A stretch of 64,000 bases of DNA from Nitrospirota bacterium (lineage in GTDB: Bacteria > Nitrospirota > Thermodesulfovibrionia > Thermodesulfovibrionales > Dissulfurispiraceae), in contig JBFLWF010000001.1 of NCBI GenBank assembly GCA_040758355.1, positions 128,001 to 192,000 on the forward strand, given 5' to 3'. Position numbers and translations under genes: made by a program. The notes beneath the pieces are model-generated. The model did not search any database. It saw only the letters and a program-made list of their open reading frames with translations, and had not been told where the DNA came from. Of the stretch, positions 47,939 through 57,458 are shown piece by piece (within the stretch, counting starts at the first letter, position 1; every line of letters starts with the position of its first letter).

Positions 47939-48187
47939 TTAGCTTTTCTTGACGTAAAGTTCCCAATAACCCTTGTCCTCAAGCTTTACGGATTCAAACT
48001 CATAGCCCTGCTTTTCAGCATACCTTGGAATCGAATCCTCAGCAGATGCAGGAGCGTCACATATTATCTTGAGAATTCCGCCGCTTGCCATTTTCTCCAG
48101 TGCTTTTTTGGTTAATACCAGGGGATAGGGACATACCCTACCCAATACATCCAATGTCTCTGCTGGTGTTTGATCTTTTAAAGCCAT
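47939..48187 (-). CDS. tusA: TusA-family sulfur carrier
   Basis: LDVLGRVCPYP motif; 82 aa. Confidence 0.92.
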   Translation of the reverse strand: MALKDQTPAETLDVLGRVCPYPLVLTKKALEKMASGGILKIICDAPASAEDSIPRYAEKQGYEFESVKLEDKGYWELYVKKS

Positions 48188-48215
48188 TTTATCCTCCTTA
48201 ATATAGTTATATAGT

Positions 48216-48629
48216 TTAAAAGAATTGCAGATGGTTTACGGATTCCATTACCTTTGCAATCTCGCTGTATGGCACTATCCGGGCCTTTGTTTCTCCGCCG
48301 ATATCTTCAGCATCCATTATAAGCGCTTCTTCTTTTATGCCGAGTCTTTCTATATCTTCTTTACAAATCATGATATTCAGGTCGAGAAGGAGCCCGTTCT
48401 TTACATGCTGCTCAATGCTTGTGATGCCGTAATGCTTCATTGCCTGCTGGCTCTTAAGGCAGTTGAGTACTCCGTCTCCGATAAAGCAAAGTACCGGCTC
48501 AACATTGTCCCCGTCCTCTAAATATATCTCCACGGTCTGGCTTGCTATCGCGTGTGTGAGTGCAAGCCTTGATGCCTCAGTTTTATAGGGAAGCGACCTT
48601 ACTATAAATGCGAGTTTTGTAATAGCCAT
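48216..48629 (-). CDS. DsrF/TusC-like (DsrE superfamily) protein
   Basis: Start MAITKLAF after a GGAGG RBS; RSLPY, FIGDGV and ICKEDIERLG. Confidence 0.7.
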   Translation of the reverse strand: MAITKLAFIVRSLPYKTEASRLALTHAIASQTVEIYLEDGDNVEPVLCFIGDGVLNCLKSQQAMKHYGITSIEQHVKNGLLLDLNIMICKEDIERLGIKEEALIMDAEDIGGETKARIVPYSEIAKVMESVNHLQFF

Positions 48630-48630
48630 A

Positions 48631-48993
48631 TTAATCACCTCCCATGAGAAGCACTCTGTCTGCACTGAAGCAGCTTGCAAGATACCAGTCCATGCTGCGC
48701 CTTCCCCAGCCTTCCATTGTGTCATCCTTATGATAGCCCCTCGCCTCAGCACATGCCTCGCAGGCTACTGCCTTGAATTTGCCTGTTGCGAAGAGTTCCG
48801 TGAGTGTTTTTGCAAGGTGGGAGTAATCTTTAAATGCCTTTTGGCCCTTTTTTGAAAGCATTGTTGCATTGCTTGATACCCAAAAGTCTACCTCGTGTCC
48901 CTTTTTTACGGCTGCATCTGCCAGTTTCACCGAAAAGTCGAGGGATACGGAGCCGACCAGTGATGAAAAACAGCCTATAGTCAATTTGCCCAT
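48631..48993 (-). CDS. DsrE/TusD-like sulfurtransferase
   Basis: AAVKKGHEVDFW, ACEACAEARG (sulfur-binding Cys position) and ADRVL. Confidence 0.75.
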   Translation of the reverse strand: MGKLTIGCFSSLVGSVSLDFSVKLADAAVKKGHEVDFWVSSNATMLSKKGQKAFKDYSHLAKTLTELFATGKFKAVACEACAEARGYHKDDTMEGWGRRSMDWYLASCFSADRVLLMGGD

Positions 48994-49006
48994 AATTGCC
49001 TCCTTT

Positions 49007-49303
49007 CTATATCCATATTATTTTTTCATAGTCATTGAAAATAAGGTCAACCACATCGCTGTAAGTGACAGGCTTTACGCGGCTGTCCACATCGGCAGAA
49101 CCGAATCCCCTGCTTTCGAGGTCTTCTGACAGCACATAGAAATTTGCTGATTTGTCCAGCAGAGGTGAAGATTTTCCAGTTTCTTTTGTTGTTGCGTGAT
49201 AAATGCCGTTACCTACGAGGATGATGCCGAGTTTCTCTGCACTCAATCTGTCGAGGACATCGGAACCGCCTCTGAAATCGCTCATAAAAACGCCAAGCTT
49301 CAT
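49007..49303 (-). CDS. DsrH/TusB-like protein
   Basis: YVLSEDLESRG and VTYSDVVDL...KIIW, TusB-like motifs. Confidence 0.75.
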   Translation of the reverse strand: MKLGVFMSDFRGGSDVLDRLSAEKLGIILVGNGIYHATTKETGKSSPLLDKSANFYVLSEDLESRGFGSADVDSRVKPVTYSDVVDLIFNDYEKIIWI

Positions 49304-49455
49304 AGAAACACCTCCTGTTCATGGATTTTAGAGTCTGGCATGCAGACTATATTTACAAATAAAATGACAAGCAACTTTACAGGTATGACTTTATACCAGT
49401 TATAAGCTATACTTGTCAATAAAAAAATCTGCCAATTCAGCAATTAAAAAACTAT

Positions 49456-50319
49456 ATGACTTTTGAGACAGAATTTTATGCCGGACGCAGAAATATGCCC
49501 CTTGCAGTTTTTATCCACGGCATGGGAATGAATGCAAAAGTGTGGAGCAATCCGCATGATGCAAGGATTTTAGGCGGAAAGTATCCGTTAAGAGTCTTGC
49601 TCGGCGGGATTGATGAAATGAGGACATCGTTCATGGATTTGAGGGATATCGGATTTTCCGTTCTTTCATGGAAACAGAGGCGGCCTGCAGGCCCGATGAA
49701 TACGGCGGTTGCAGAACTTAAAGATCTGATTTATGAATATAGAAATCACATTAGAGACGGCATAATCCTTGTAGGCCACAGCAGGGGAGGGCTGATTGCA
49801 AGGAAATACCTTGAAGAAAGGAATGAATTCATAAGGGGATTTATAACCATTGCAACGCCCCATCACGGCACAACAATGGCCAAATGGGCGGCCCATATTT
49901 CACCCATTGCCTCTTTATTAAATCAGCTCTTGGGAGAGCCGCACAAAAAGGACATAAGGTCAGTGCTTAAAAGGATACTCGGATTTCTCAGCAGCGAAGG
50001 ATTAAAGGAGCTTCTTCCCGATGCGAAATTTTATTCAGGGCTGAAAGATGTTAAGCATCAAGGTGTGCGCTATATATCAATAGGCGGAACAAGTCCTGAC
50101 ATTCTGAAAATAAATTCCATACCCATGTCAGACTTTATTATAAAAGCGATTCCTGAAAGGCTTATTCCTGAAGAACTGAGGGAAGGGTATGGAGACGGGC
50201 TTGTCTCAGCCTCAAGCTCTGTGCTTCCTTATGCAGATATGCATTATGACTTCCATGTAAATCATGTGCGAATCTTATTTGACAGGCAAGTCAGGGAATG
50301 CATTATTAATGCATTTTAG
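49456..50319 (+). CDS. Alpha/beta hydrolase (lipase/PGAP1-like)
   Basis: FIHGMG, nucleophile elbow GHSRGG, ATPHHGT, GDGLVS and a C-terminal His. Confidence 0.85.
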   Translation: MTFETEFYAGRRNMPLAVFIHGMGMNAKVWSNPHDARILGGKYPLRVLLGGIDEMRTSFMDLRDIGFSVLSWKQRRPAGPMNTAVAELKDLIYEYRNHIRDGIILVGHSRGGLIARKYLEERNEFIRGFITIATPHHGTTMAKWAAHISPIASLLNQLLGEPHKKDIRSVLKRILGFLSSEGLKELLPDAKFYSGLKDVKHQGVRYISIGGTSPDILKINSIPMSDFIIKAIPERLIPEELREGYGDGLVSASSSVLPYADMHYDFHVNHVRILFDRQVRECIINAF

Positions 50320-51617
50320 CACTTTCCTCCGTTTCTTATCTCATCATCAAACATACCCTTCAAAATCCTCGATGCGCAGAACTGTCCGCACATGGTGCAT
50401 GAGTCTTCGGCTGATGGCTGCCTTTCGCTTCTTATCCTCACTGCCTCATCCTTTGCGATTGCCAGATCAAACTGTTTATGCCAGTCGAGGTCTCTCCTTG
50501 CAATGGACATCTCCTTGTCCCTGTCTCGTTTCTTCAGCTTCACCATATCGCCGATGTATGCCGCAATCCTTGCTGTAATTACACCCTGCTTAACATCTTC
50601 AGGAAATGGCAGGCCTAAATGCTCGGCTGGAGTCACATAGCAGATGAAATCAGCGCCATAGGCAGATGAGAGCGCAGCACCGATGGCCGATGTTATGTGG
50701 TCGTATCCGGGTGCGATGTCTGTTGTTATCGGGCCTAACATGTAAAATGGCGATTCTCCGCTCATCTTTTTTTCGAGGAGCACATTTGCCTCTATTTCAT
50801 CGATGGGAATATGTCCGGGTCCTTCCACCATTGTCTGGCATCCCATGTTTCTTCCGATCTCTGCAAGCTCGCAGTTGATTATCAATTCCTGAATCTGCAC
50901 CCTGTCTGATGAATCATGTATTGCGCCTGCCCTGAATCCATTCCCGAGGCTCAATACAACATCATGCTTTTTTAGTATTTCAACAACCCTGTCGAATTTC
51001 TCATACAAAGGGTTTTCTTTATTATTGTGAAGCATCCATGCCGTGAGATACGAACCGCCCTTTGATACAAGTCCACCGTAGCGATAACCCTGCTTTTTCA
51101 GTCTTTCTATGGTCATGAGATTTATGCCGCAGTGGATTGCCATGAATGCTACTCCTTCTTCACACTGCATTTCCAGTACATCCCATAGCAGTTCCTCCGG
51201 CATATCTACAGCACTGCCGTATTTCTCTATGGCAATTGCAAATGCCTCATAAAGGGGGACAGTGCCTATCGGGAGATTTATAGCTTCCATAACAGCCCTT
51301 CTTATTCCACGAACATCGCCTCCTACGCTTAAATCCATGAGCGTATCAGCACCGTGCTGCTCTGCGACCTTTGCCTTTTCCACTTCCATGAGTATATCCG
51401 CAATGTCAGTGGATGAGCCGATGGATGCGTTTATCTTTGTCCTTAAACCCTTTCCTATGCCGACGATTTTACTTTTTCTGTTCTTATTGGCAGGGATTAC
51501 TATTTTCCCCGCTGCAACCCTTGACCTTACGGTTTCTACATCAACACCTTCTTCCAATGCTACTTTTTTTACCTCTTCTGTTGTTACTCCTCTTTTTGTC
51601 TTTTCAAGCTGTGTCAT
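50316..51617 (-). CDS. bzaF: ThiC-paralogous radical SAM enzyme, probably 5-hydroxybenzimidazole synthase BzaF
   Basis: ThiC fold (TKINASIG, EGPGH, CYVTPAEHL, CTMCGQFC). Has GYRYGGLVSKGG and AIHDSSDR..IQEL, which I recognise from BzaF, and it is the last gene of the cob operon. Confidence 0.75.
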   Translation of the reverse strand: MTQLEKTKRGVTTEEVKKVALEEGVDVETVRSRVAAGKIVIPANKNRKSKIVGIGKGLRTKINASIGSSTDIADILMEVEKAKVAEQHGADTLMDLSVGGDVRGIRRAVMEAINLPIGTVPLYEAFAIAIEKYGSAVDMPEELLWDVLEMQCEEGVAFMAIHCGINLMTIERLKKQGYRYGGLVSKGGSYLTAWMLHNNKENPLYEKFDRVVEILKKHDVVLSLGNGFRAGAIHDSSDRVQIQELIINCELAEIGRNMGCQTMVEGPGHIPIDEIEANVLLEKKMSGESPFYMLGPITTDIAPGYDHITSAIGAALSSAYGADFICYVTPAEHLGLPFPEDVKQGVITARIAAYIGDMVKLKKRDRDKEMSIARRDLDWHKQFDLAIAKDEAVRIRSERQPSAEDSCTMCGQFCASRILKGMFDDEIRNGGKC

Positions 51618-51625
51618 TGCGCCTC

Positions 51626-52858
51626 CTATATTTTTAATAGTATATATAAAATTTTGTCTACCTCGTCTATGAGCTTCTTAAATAACCCTCCATGACTCTT
51701 TGAGTTTCCAAAAAGCTCTGTCCGCATTTCCTGTATTTCAGGGTCATCACACTTTTCGTATGTAATATGCCCGTTCTGCATTGCATATCTTTCTAAAATC
51801 AAGAGTCGTTTTGCATTTTCTATAAATGGCATTAACAATTCTTTTATTTTGTTTAAATCTGACTGCTGACTGCTGACTGCTGACTGCTGTTTTTTAATTA
51901 TTTCCGCAATCTCTTTTATCATGGCGTATAATGTGCAGTATTCGAGTCCCCTTACTCCCCTCCGCCACTGCAAAAGCATGGGATTTCTCCAGAACCAGAG
52001 AAAGTTGCGAGTGCCGAGTGATATTAAATCATCGACTGCTGATTCAAGGTCGGCAAGAATAGATGGAGCAATGGAGTAATAGAGTGATGAGTTAAGTTTC
52101 TGGGCTTCTTCTGACTTTTGACCGGAGAGGTATTCCCAGAGATTTTTTAAAACCCTTGCTCCGTTTGTGTCGTCTGGTGTATCAAAGTGTATTAATGATA
52201 AAATTACTTTGCCTTTTCCGAAACTTCCCTCCACCACTGAAGGCGCATCTTTTAATCTCCGGGGATTCAGATTGATTTTATAAATATCTTCCAATTCCGA
52301 CCAGCCGCCGTTGGCTTCCACATCTCCTACATTCAAATCCGAACTGAACGAGTCGGAAAGTGCATCTCCATAAGTGGCGAGTATTTTTATGGGCGTATCA
52401 TCGACTAAAAATTGTGAAGGCCACCATGCGTGAAAGATAGCTGATGGAGTGATGGAGTGATGGAGTGATGAGTTCCATATAGGATGTCCATTTACATTCA
52501 GATGAATACGGCCGCTGAAGCTCGGCACCCTCTGTTTTGTGGGCATCCTGTTTATATTTAAAAGCCCTATACCATCAAGCGTTGCAAGGCCTGCTCCTCC
52601 GCAGAAACCCAAATAATTACCGCCGCTATTCACAAAATTCTTTATTTCGCCGATGCCCTTTTCACCGAGGGTTTTCATCTTATTCGATGCCCATCCACCG
52701 GGCACAAAGAGCATCCTGTAATTTTTTAGTTCTCCTTTCTTTATATCATCTGAACGGATAAGTTCAAAAGAAAGATTACAGGCCTTCAGAGCCTTATATG
52801 ACATCAATCCCCAAAGAAACGATTCGTCCCATAGAAAAGCAATTGTTTTATTTACCAT
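51626..52858 (-). CDS. BPL-N-like class I glutamine amidotransferase-fold protein
   Basis: LFVPGG, GGNYLGFCGGAG and GKGKVILSLIHFD. Confidence 0.7.
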   Translation of the reverse strand: MVNKTIAFLWDESFLWGLMSYKALKACNLSFELIRSDDIKKGELKNYRMLFVPGGWASNKMKTLGEKGIGEIKNFVNSGGNYLGFCGGAGLATLDGIGLLNINRMPTKQRVPSFSGRIHLNVNGHPIWNSSLHHSITPSAIFHAWWPSQFLVDDTPIKILATYGDALSDSFSSDLNVGDVEANGGWSELEDIYKINLNPRRLKDAPSVVEGSFGKGKVILSLIHFDTPDDTNGARVLKNLWEYLSGQKSEEAQKLNSSLYYSIAPSILADLESAVDDLISLGTRNFLWFWRNPMLLQWRRGVRGLEYCTLYAMIKEIAEIIKKQQSAVSSQQSDLNKIKELLMPFIENAKRLLILERYAMQNGHITYEKCDDPEIQEMRTELFGNSKSHGGLFKKLIDEVDKILYILLKI

Positions 52859-54696
52859 TACTCCAGCACTCCATTACTCCACTTTTTTTCATAACCCCTC
52901 GGTGTAATCATATAGTTATTCAATGTAAATGTCTGAGAGTTTCCTATTATCACTGTTGTCTGCATGTCGATCTCGTAATTGAGCATGTCCCTCAGATTTG
53001 CGATAATAATCCTTTCATTTTCTCTCGTTGCACCCTTTACTATGCCTACAGGTGTTTCGGTGCTCCGGTGTTTGAGGAATATAGCCCTTGCCTTATTGAT
53101 ATGCTCAGGCCTTCCCATGCTTTTGGGATTATAGAGGACTGTTACAAAATCAGACATCGCCGCTGCTGCAAGCCTTTTCTCAATCAATTCCCACGGTGTG
53201 AGTCTATCTGAAAGGCTTATTACTGCGAAATCATGCATGAGCGGCGCGCCGAGCCTTGCTGCGCAGGCATTCAGGGCAGATATACCGGGGATGACTTCTA
53301 CAGCGATGCGTGATGCATTACTTCCTTTTATCTCATTACGCATTACGGATAACGCATTACGGTCTTTAAGTATCTCAAACACCAGCCCTGCCATGGCATA
53401 TATTCCTGGGTCTCCGCCGCTTATGACAGAAACGGTTTTTCCAGACAGTGCAAGCTCAACTGCCTTTTTGCACCTGTCAATTTCCTGCGTCATGCCGGTG
53501 GATACAACCTCTTTGTCTTTGATCAGTTCCTGTATCAAATCGAGATATGTTCCGTATCCAACAATAACATCTGACTTTCTTATGGCATCCTGTGCATAGG
53601 GGGTTATATGTTCAATGCTTCCGGGCCCGGTGCCGACAATGTAAAGCTTTGGAGTGATGGAGTGCTGGAGTATTGGAGCAACTAATTCAGCAACTGCGAT
53701 TGTCACATTTCCGATTTTCTGCTTCGGAACAAGCAACTCCGAAGCGCCTGATGCAAGGAGCGCCGCAGGCTCTGAAACAGCATTTGCGCCTGTTGCCTTA
53801 AAGACTGCCTCTGATTTAGCCATGCCTTCAACTGAGTTTAGTTCTTCAGCCTTAAAGCCGGTAATTGTAAATCCATACCTTTGGGCGAATTTGATCAAGC
53901 CATCTTCTTTACACTTTATGTCAATAGTTGCGAGGGAGTGAATGGACAGAAACGAGAGATTATTATTTTTAAGTACAGCCTTGACTGCTCCTTCTATCTC
54001 TTCTTCTGATGTCCCACTGTTGCATCCGATGCCTACAATAAGATTTTTAGGGCGAAGATAAAGCTGTCCTTTTACGCGGCATGAGCCTGTCGAACATTCT
54101 GCGGATGAGCATTGAGGTTCTTTTAAATAAATATCTTTTTTATTTGTTATGATCGCATCTGCAAATCTGGGCTCGCTTACCTTGAGAAATTCATCAGGCA
54201 GAGATATTTCTATTTCTGAATATACGCGCAATGCGCCATTGTTAAGGTATCGCGTGGCAACATGCGGCATTATCTCCCAGTCTTCGATAGCGAGACTATT
54301 TTCTGATACCCATATATCTATCGCAGTCAGGTTATTTACATCGGATGCGGTTGTTATAATTGCTTCGCCTTTCAAAAAATTCGCAATCTCTTTTGCCAGT
54401 TTGTTTCCTCCGCCTAAATGTCCGCTTAAGAGGCTTATGGCATATTTCCCTTTTTCATCGAGAACAACAACTGCAGGATCTATTTTTTTGTCTTTTATTA
54501 AAGGCGCTATAGTCCTTACCACAATGCCTGTTGCCATGATAAATATGAGATTTTTGCATTCATTCCATATCTCAGGAACAACTTCTGATTTGAATTTTAA
54601 AATTTGAGTATCCTTATAAAGACTTTTAAGCCTTTCAGCGAGCTTCAATCCATTTTCTGTTATATAAAATATTGCGGTTTTATTTTCTATATTCAT
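52858..54696 (-). CDS. cbiGH: CbiG-CbiH fusion (cobalt-precorrin-5A hydrolase / precorrin-3B C17-methyltransferase)
   Basis: IMATGIVVR, DPAVVVLDE, SGHLGGGN, GIGC and VSEPAAL, followed by VGTGPG, SGGDPGIYAMAG, SLSDRLTPW and TPRGY. Confidence 0.9.
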   Translation of the reverse strand: MNIENKTAIFYITENGLKLAERLKSLYKDTQILKFKSEVVPEIWNECKNLIFIMATGIVVRTIAPLIKDKKIDPAVVVLDEKGKYAISLLSGHLGGGNKLAKEIANFLKGEAIITTASDVNNLTAIDIWVSENSLAIEDWEIMPHVATRYLNNGALRVYSEIEISLPDEFLKVSEPRFADAIITNKKDIYLKEPQCSSAECSTGSCRVKGQLYLRPKNLIVGIGCNSGTSEEEIEGAVKAVLKNNNLSFLSIHSLATIDIKCKEDGLIKFAQRYGFTITGFKAEELNSVEGMAKSEAVFKATGANAVSEPAALLASGASELLVPKQKIGNVTIAVAELVAPILQHSITPKLYIVGTGPGSIEHITPYAQDAIRKSDVIVGYGTYLDLIQELIKDKEVVSTGMTQEIDRCKKAVELALSGKTVSVISGGDPGIYAMAGLVFEILKDRNALSVMRNEIKGSNASRIAVEVIPGISALNACAARLGAPLMHDFAVISLSDRLTPWELIEKRLAAAAMSDFVTVLYNPKSMGRPEHINKARAIFLKHRSTETPVGIVKGATRENERIIIANLRDMLNYEIDMQTTVIIGNSQTFTLNNYMITPRGYEKKWSNGVLE

Positions 54697-55435
54697 GCTT
54701 AAAATCCTTGTTATAGAGTTTTGATTCCTTGCCTAAAGAACTCTCCGACGCCATTAATGATTTGCCTATATAAATTAATGCGGTCTTTTTAATACCAGCA
54801 TCTTTCACCATCTCGACAATATCTTTCAATATACCTTTCAGAATTCTCTGCTCAGGCCATGAAGCCTTTTCAATGACTACAACTGGAGTATCTTCGGGAT
54901 AGCCCTCCAAAAGCTCATCTTTTACTTTTTCGACCATTCCCACACTCAAAAAAATCACCATTGTTGCTTTATGCTTTGCCAATTCGCTCAACTTCTCGGT
55001 TTCGGGAACAGGCGTCCGTCCTTCCATGCGTGTAAATATAACGGTTTGGCTGATTTCGGGTATGGTGAGTTCCTGTCCAAGTACAGCTGCACCTGCCATT
55101 GCTGAAGATACGCCGGGAATGACTTCGTATTCAATATTTAATCCTCTCAACCGCTCTATCTGCTCTGATATGGCGCTGTAAAAGGATGTGTCGCCTGTGT
55201 GCAGCCTGACAACTGTTTTCTTGGCTGCAATGGACTTTTTAATAACTTCTGTTGTCTCATCGAGTGTCATGCTTGCAGAGTTATATATCTCTGCCTTTAT
55301 GCCCTTTAATAATTCAGGGTTAACAAGGCTTCCTGCATAAATAACGACATCAGCGTTATCGAGCAGTTTCCTGCCTTTAATGGTTATCAGTTCAGGGTCT
55401 CCCGGCCCTGCGCCTATGAAATATACCTTACTCAT
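54680..55435 (-). CDS. cbiF: Precorrin-4 C11-methyltransferase
   Basis: GAGPGDPELIT, YAGSLVN, RLHTGD, ELTIPEISQTVI and SKLY. Confidence 0.92.
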   Translation of the reverse strand: MSKVYFIGAGPGDPELITIKGRKLLDNADVVIYAGSLVNPELLKGIKAEIYNSASMTLDETTEVIKKSIAAKKTVVRLHTGDTSFYSAISEQIERLRGLNIEYEVIPGVSSAMAGAAVLGQELTIPEISQTVIFTRMEGRTPVPETEKLSELAKHKATMVIFLSVGMVEKVKDELLEGYPEDTPVVVIEKASWPEQRILKGILKDIVEMVKDAGIKKTALIYIGKSLMASESSLGKESKLYNKDFKHEYRK

Positions 55436-56181
55436 TTCTTGATTATCACCACCGAAAAATAGTTGAGGTCGCCTTCCTTGATGTCCCTTATATTTTTGAA
55501 TATCTTTTCATCATCCATGCCTGCCCGTGAGACATAAACTGCATTATTCGTTAGATTCATTTCATTAAGAATAGTTAGAACCCTATCAAAGACCCTGTGA
55601 ACCTTCATGAGAACGATGGTGTCAAACCTCTCCAGAGTCTCTTTTATGTTATCAGTGTAGGTTGCAGGAAGGATGGCGATTTTTTCATCAGCAAGGCTTA
55701 AGGACAGGTTTGCCCTTGCTGCTGCGGTATTTATGGATGACACGCCCGGAATTATTTCTATACTGAGTTCAGGATTGAGTTCGAGGAGCTTGTCGTATAA
55801 ATAGAAAAATGTGCTGTAAATGGTGGGGTCTCCGATAGTTATGAAAGCCATATCAGTGCCTTTATTCAACCTGCTGTAAACCGTCTCGATTGTTTCCTGC
55901 CATTTGGTATCAAGCATGCATAAATCATTTTTTTCTTTCTGACCGCTGACTGCTGACTGCTGACTGCTTTTCGTTTTTCTCATGGGAAAATGTGCTTCGA
56001 TAATCTCTTTGCCGTCGAGATTCAATGCCTTTTCCACAATGGATAATGCCATGCTGCTGCCTTCTTCCCTTCCCTTTGGAACGCAGATGCATTGAACCTC
56101 TTTAAAGATTCTCACTGCCTTCAATGTCAACAGTTCAGGGTCTCCGGGACCGACTCCTATGACATAAAGTTTTCCTGTCAT
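55432..56181 (-). CDS. cbiL: Precorrin-2 C20-methyltransferase
   Basis: GVGPGDPELLTLKA, FPM, GDPTIYSTF, VLMK and YFS. Confidence 0.9.
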   Translation of the reverse strand: MTGKLYVIGVGPGDPELLTLKAVRIFKEVQCICVPKGREEGSSMALSIVEKALNLDGKEIIEAHFPMRKTKSSQQSAVSGQKEKNDLCMLDTKWQETIETVYSRLNKGTDMAFITIGDPTIYSTFFYLYDKLLELNPELSIEIIPGVSSINTAAARANLSLSLADEKIAILPATYTDNIKETLERFDTIVLMKVHRVFDRVLTILNEMNLTNNAVYVSRAGMDDEKIFKNIRDIKEGDLNYFSVVIIKK

Positions 56182-57458
56182 CTTTCACCTTTTATCACAA
56201 ATACTGGATTCAATGCGCTCATGTGTCTTTTGCCTGCTATATCCTTTGATCTCGATACGGATATCTCAGAGACTTCTGGCTCGAATCCATTGCTTTCAAG
56301 GTGTTGGATTGCCTCATTCAAAGTCTCTATGGTTGTGGCATTTATGACAATATGTTTGCAAGTCATGCTGGAGATAAAATCTATTATCTCTTTGAGTCTT
56401 CCGCTACTGCCGCCAACAAACACCCTGTCGGGAGATGGAAGGTTTATCAAGGCATCAGGGGCTTCACCGCTTATTATTTCAATATTAAGTGAGTTAAATC
56501 TCTCCTTATTTTCTCTGATATGGTTAATTTGTTCTTTGTCTTTTTCGACAGCAAAGACCTTCAATTCCGGATATAATCTTGCAGCCTCTATTGATACAGA
56601 GCCGGAGCCTGCGCCGATATCCCAGAATACGCCCCTTTGCGGAAGCCTTAATTTATGTATCGTCACCGCCCTTACTTCGTCTTTTGTTATCAGTCCTTTG
56701 GAGTGGGAAATCTCGGTCTCTTTTAATCCAAAGGCGGTAGCTGATGACTGACTGTTGATGGCTGACCGCTGAATTATTACCACATTCGGCTCTGAAAACG
56801 TCATTCCTGCAATCTCTTCAGGCGTGCCTTCTGTAATTTTCTCATCTTGGTAACCCAGCCTTTCGCAGACATACATAACAGGCAATAGGCTATGGGCAAT
56901 AGGCGATAGGTTAAGGATTTTGGCTATTTCTGAAGGATTGTTTTCTCTGTCTGTAAGTATGGCGACTTTATTATGTCTTTGCAGTAAAGATGGAATATCA
57001 TTTATCGTATACGGCAATCTTCTTCTCTTTTCCGGATCAGGACCTCCGTGAAGACTCATTAAAAATGCATCGTCCCACGGCTCTTTTATCCTTGAAAATG
57101 CAATCTGAACGCTCGATAAATCAGGCAATATCTCAACCATGTCTCTCCCAAATTCTTTAACTGCCCTTCTGCCTATTCCAAAGAACATCGGGTCTCCGGA
57201 GGCGAGAAGGACGACGGGGAATGATGGGGTGCTGGAGTGTTGGAGTAGTGAGTGAATGAATTCAATTGTCTCATTCACATTATTAATTACCTTTACCTTA
57301 TCTTTAACTGCCTCAAATTCATCATAGCCTTTAAAGACTTCAAAGAGTCTGTTGGATGCAAGGATAACGCCTGCACGGGAAATAATCTCCCGTGCTTTCT
57401 TATCAAGTGGCTTATAGCCAATGCCTATTACATAGAGTTTATTACTCATTATTGTCAT
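56178..57458 (-). CDS. cbiET: CbiE-CbiT fusion (precorrin-6Y methyltransferase/decarboxylase)
   Basis: LASGDPMFFGIG and CERLG, followed by ITKDEVR, WDIGAGSGSVSIE and NPVFVI. Confidence 0.92.
   Translation of the reverse strand: MTIMSNKLYVIGIGYKPLDKKAREIISRAGVILASNRLFEVFKGYDEFEAVKDKVKVINNVNETIEFIHSLLQHSSTPSFPVVLLASGDPMFFGIGRRAVKEFGRDMVEILPDLSSVQIAFSRIKEPWDDAFLMSLHGGPDPEKRRRLPYTINDIPSLLQRHNKVAILTDRENNPSEIAKILNLSPIAHSLLPVMYVCERLGYQDEKITEGTPEEIAGMTFSEPNVVIIQRSAINSQSSATAFGLKETEISHSKGLITKDEVRAVTIHKLRLPQRGVFWDIGAGSGSVSIEAARLYPELKVFAVEKDKEQINHIRENKERFNSLNIEIISGEAPDALINLPSPDRVFVGGSSGRLKEIIDFISSMTCKHIVINATTIETLNEAIQHLESNGFEPEVSEISVSRSKDIAGKRHMSALNPVFVIKGER

Noticed and set aside
48630..48752. N-terminal extension of the DsrF-like ORF; likewise the extended starts of dsrJ, dsrO, dsrP and DUF4212
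   Set aside because: Downstream ATGs with good RBSs fit better, and most of the extensions overlap upstream genes.
50316..51617. thiC (thiamine synthesis)
   Set aside because: The cob-operon context and BzaF-like motifs argue against it, and no thi genes or TPP riboswitch are seen nearby. Not fully excluded without an HMM search.
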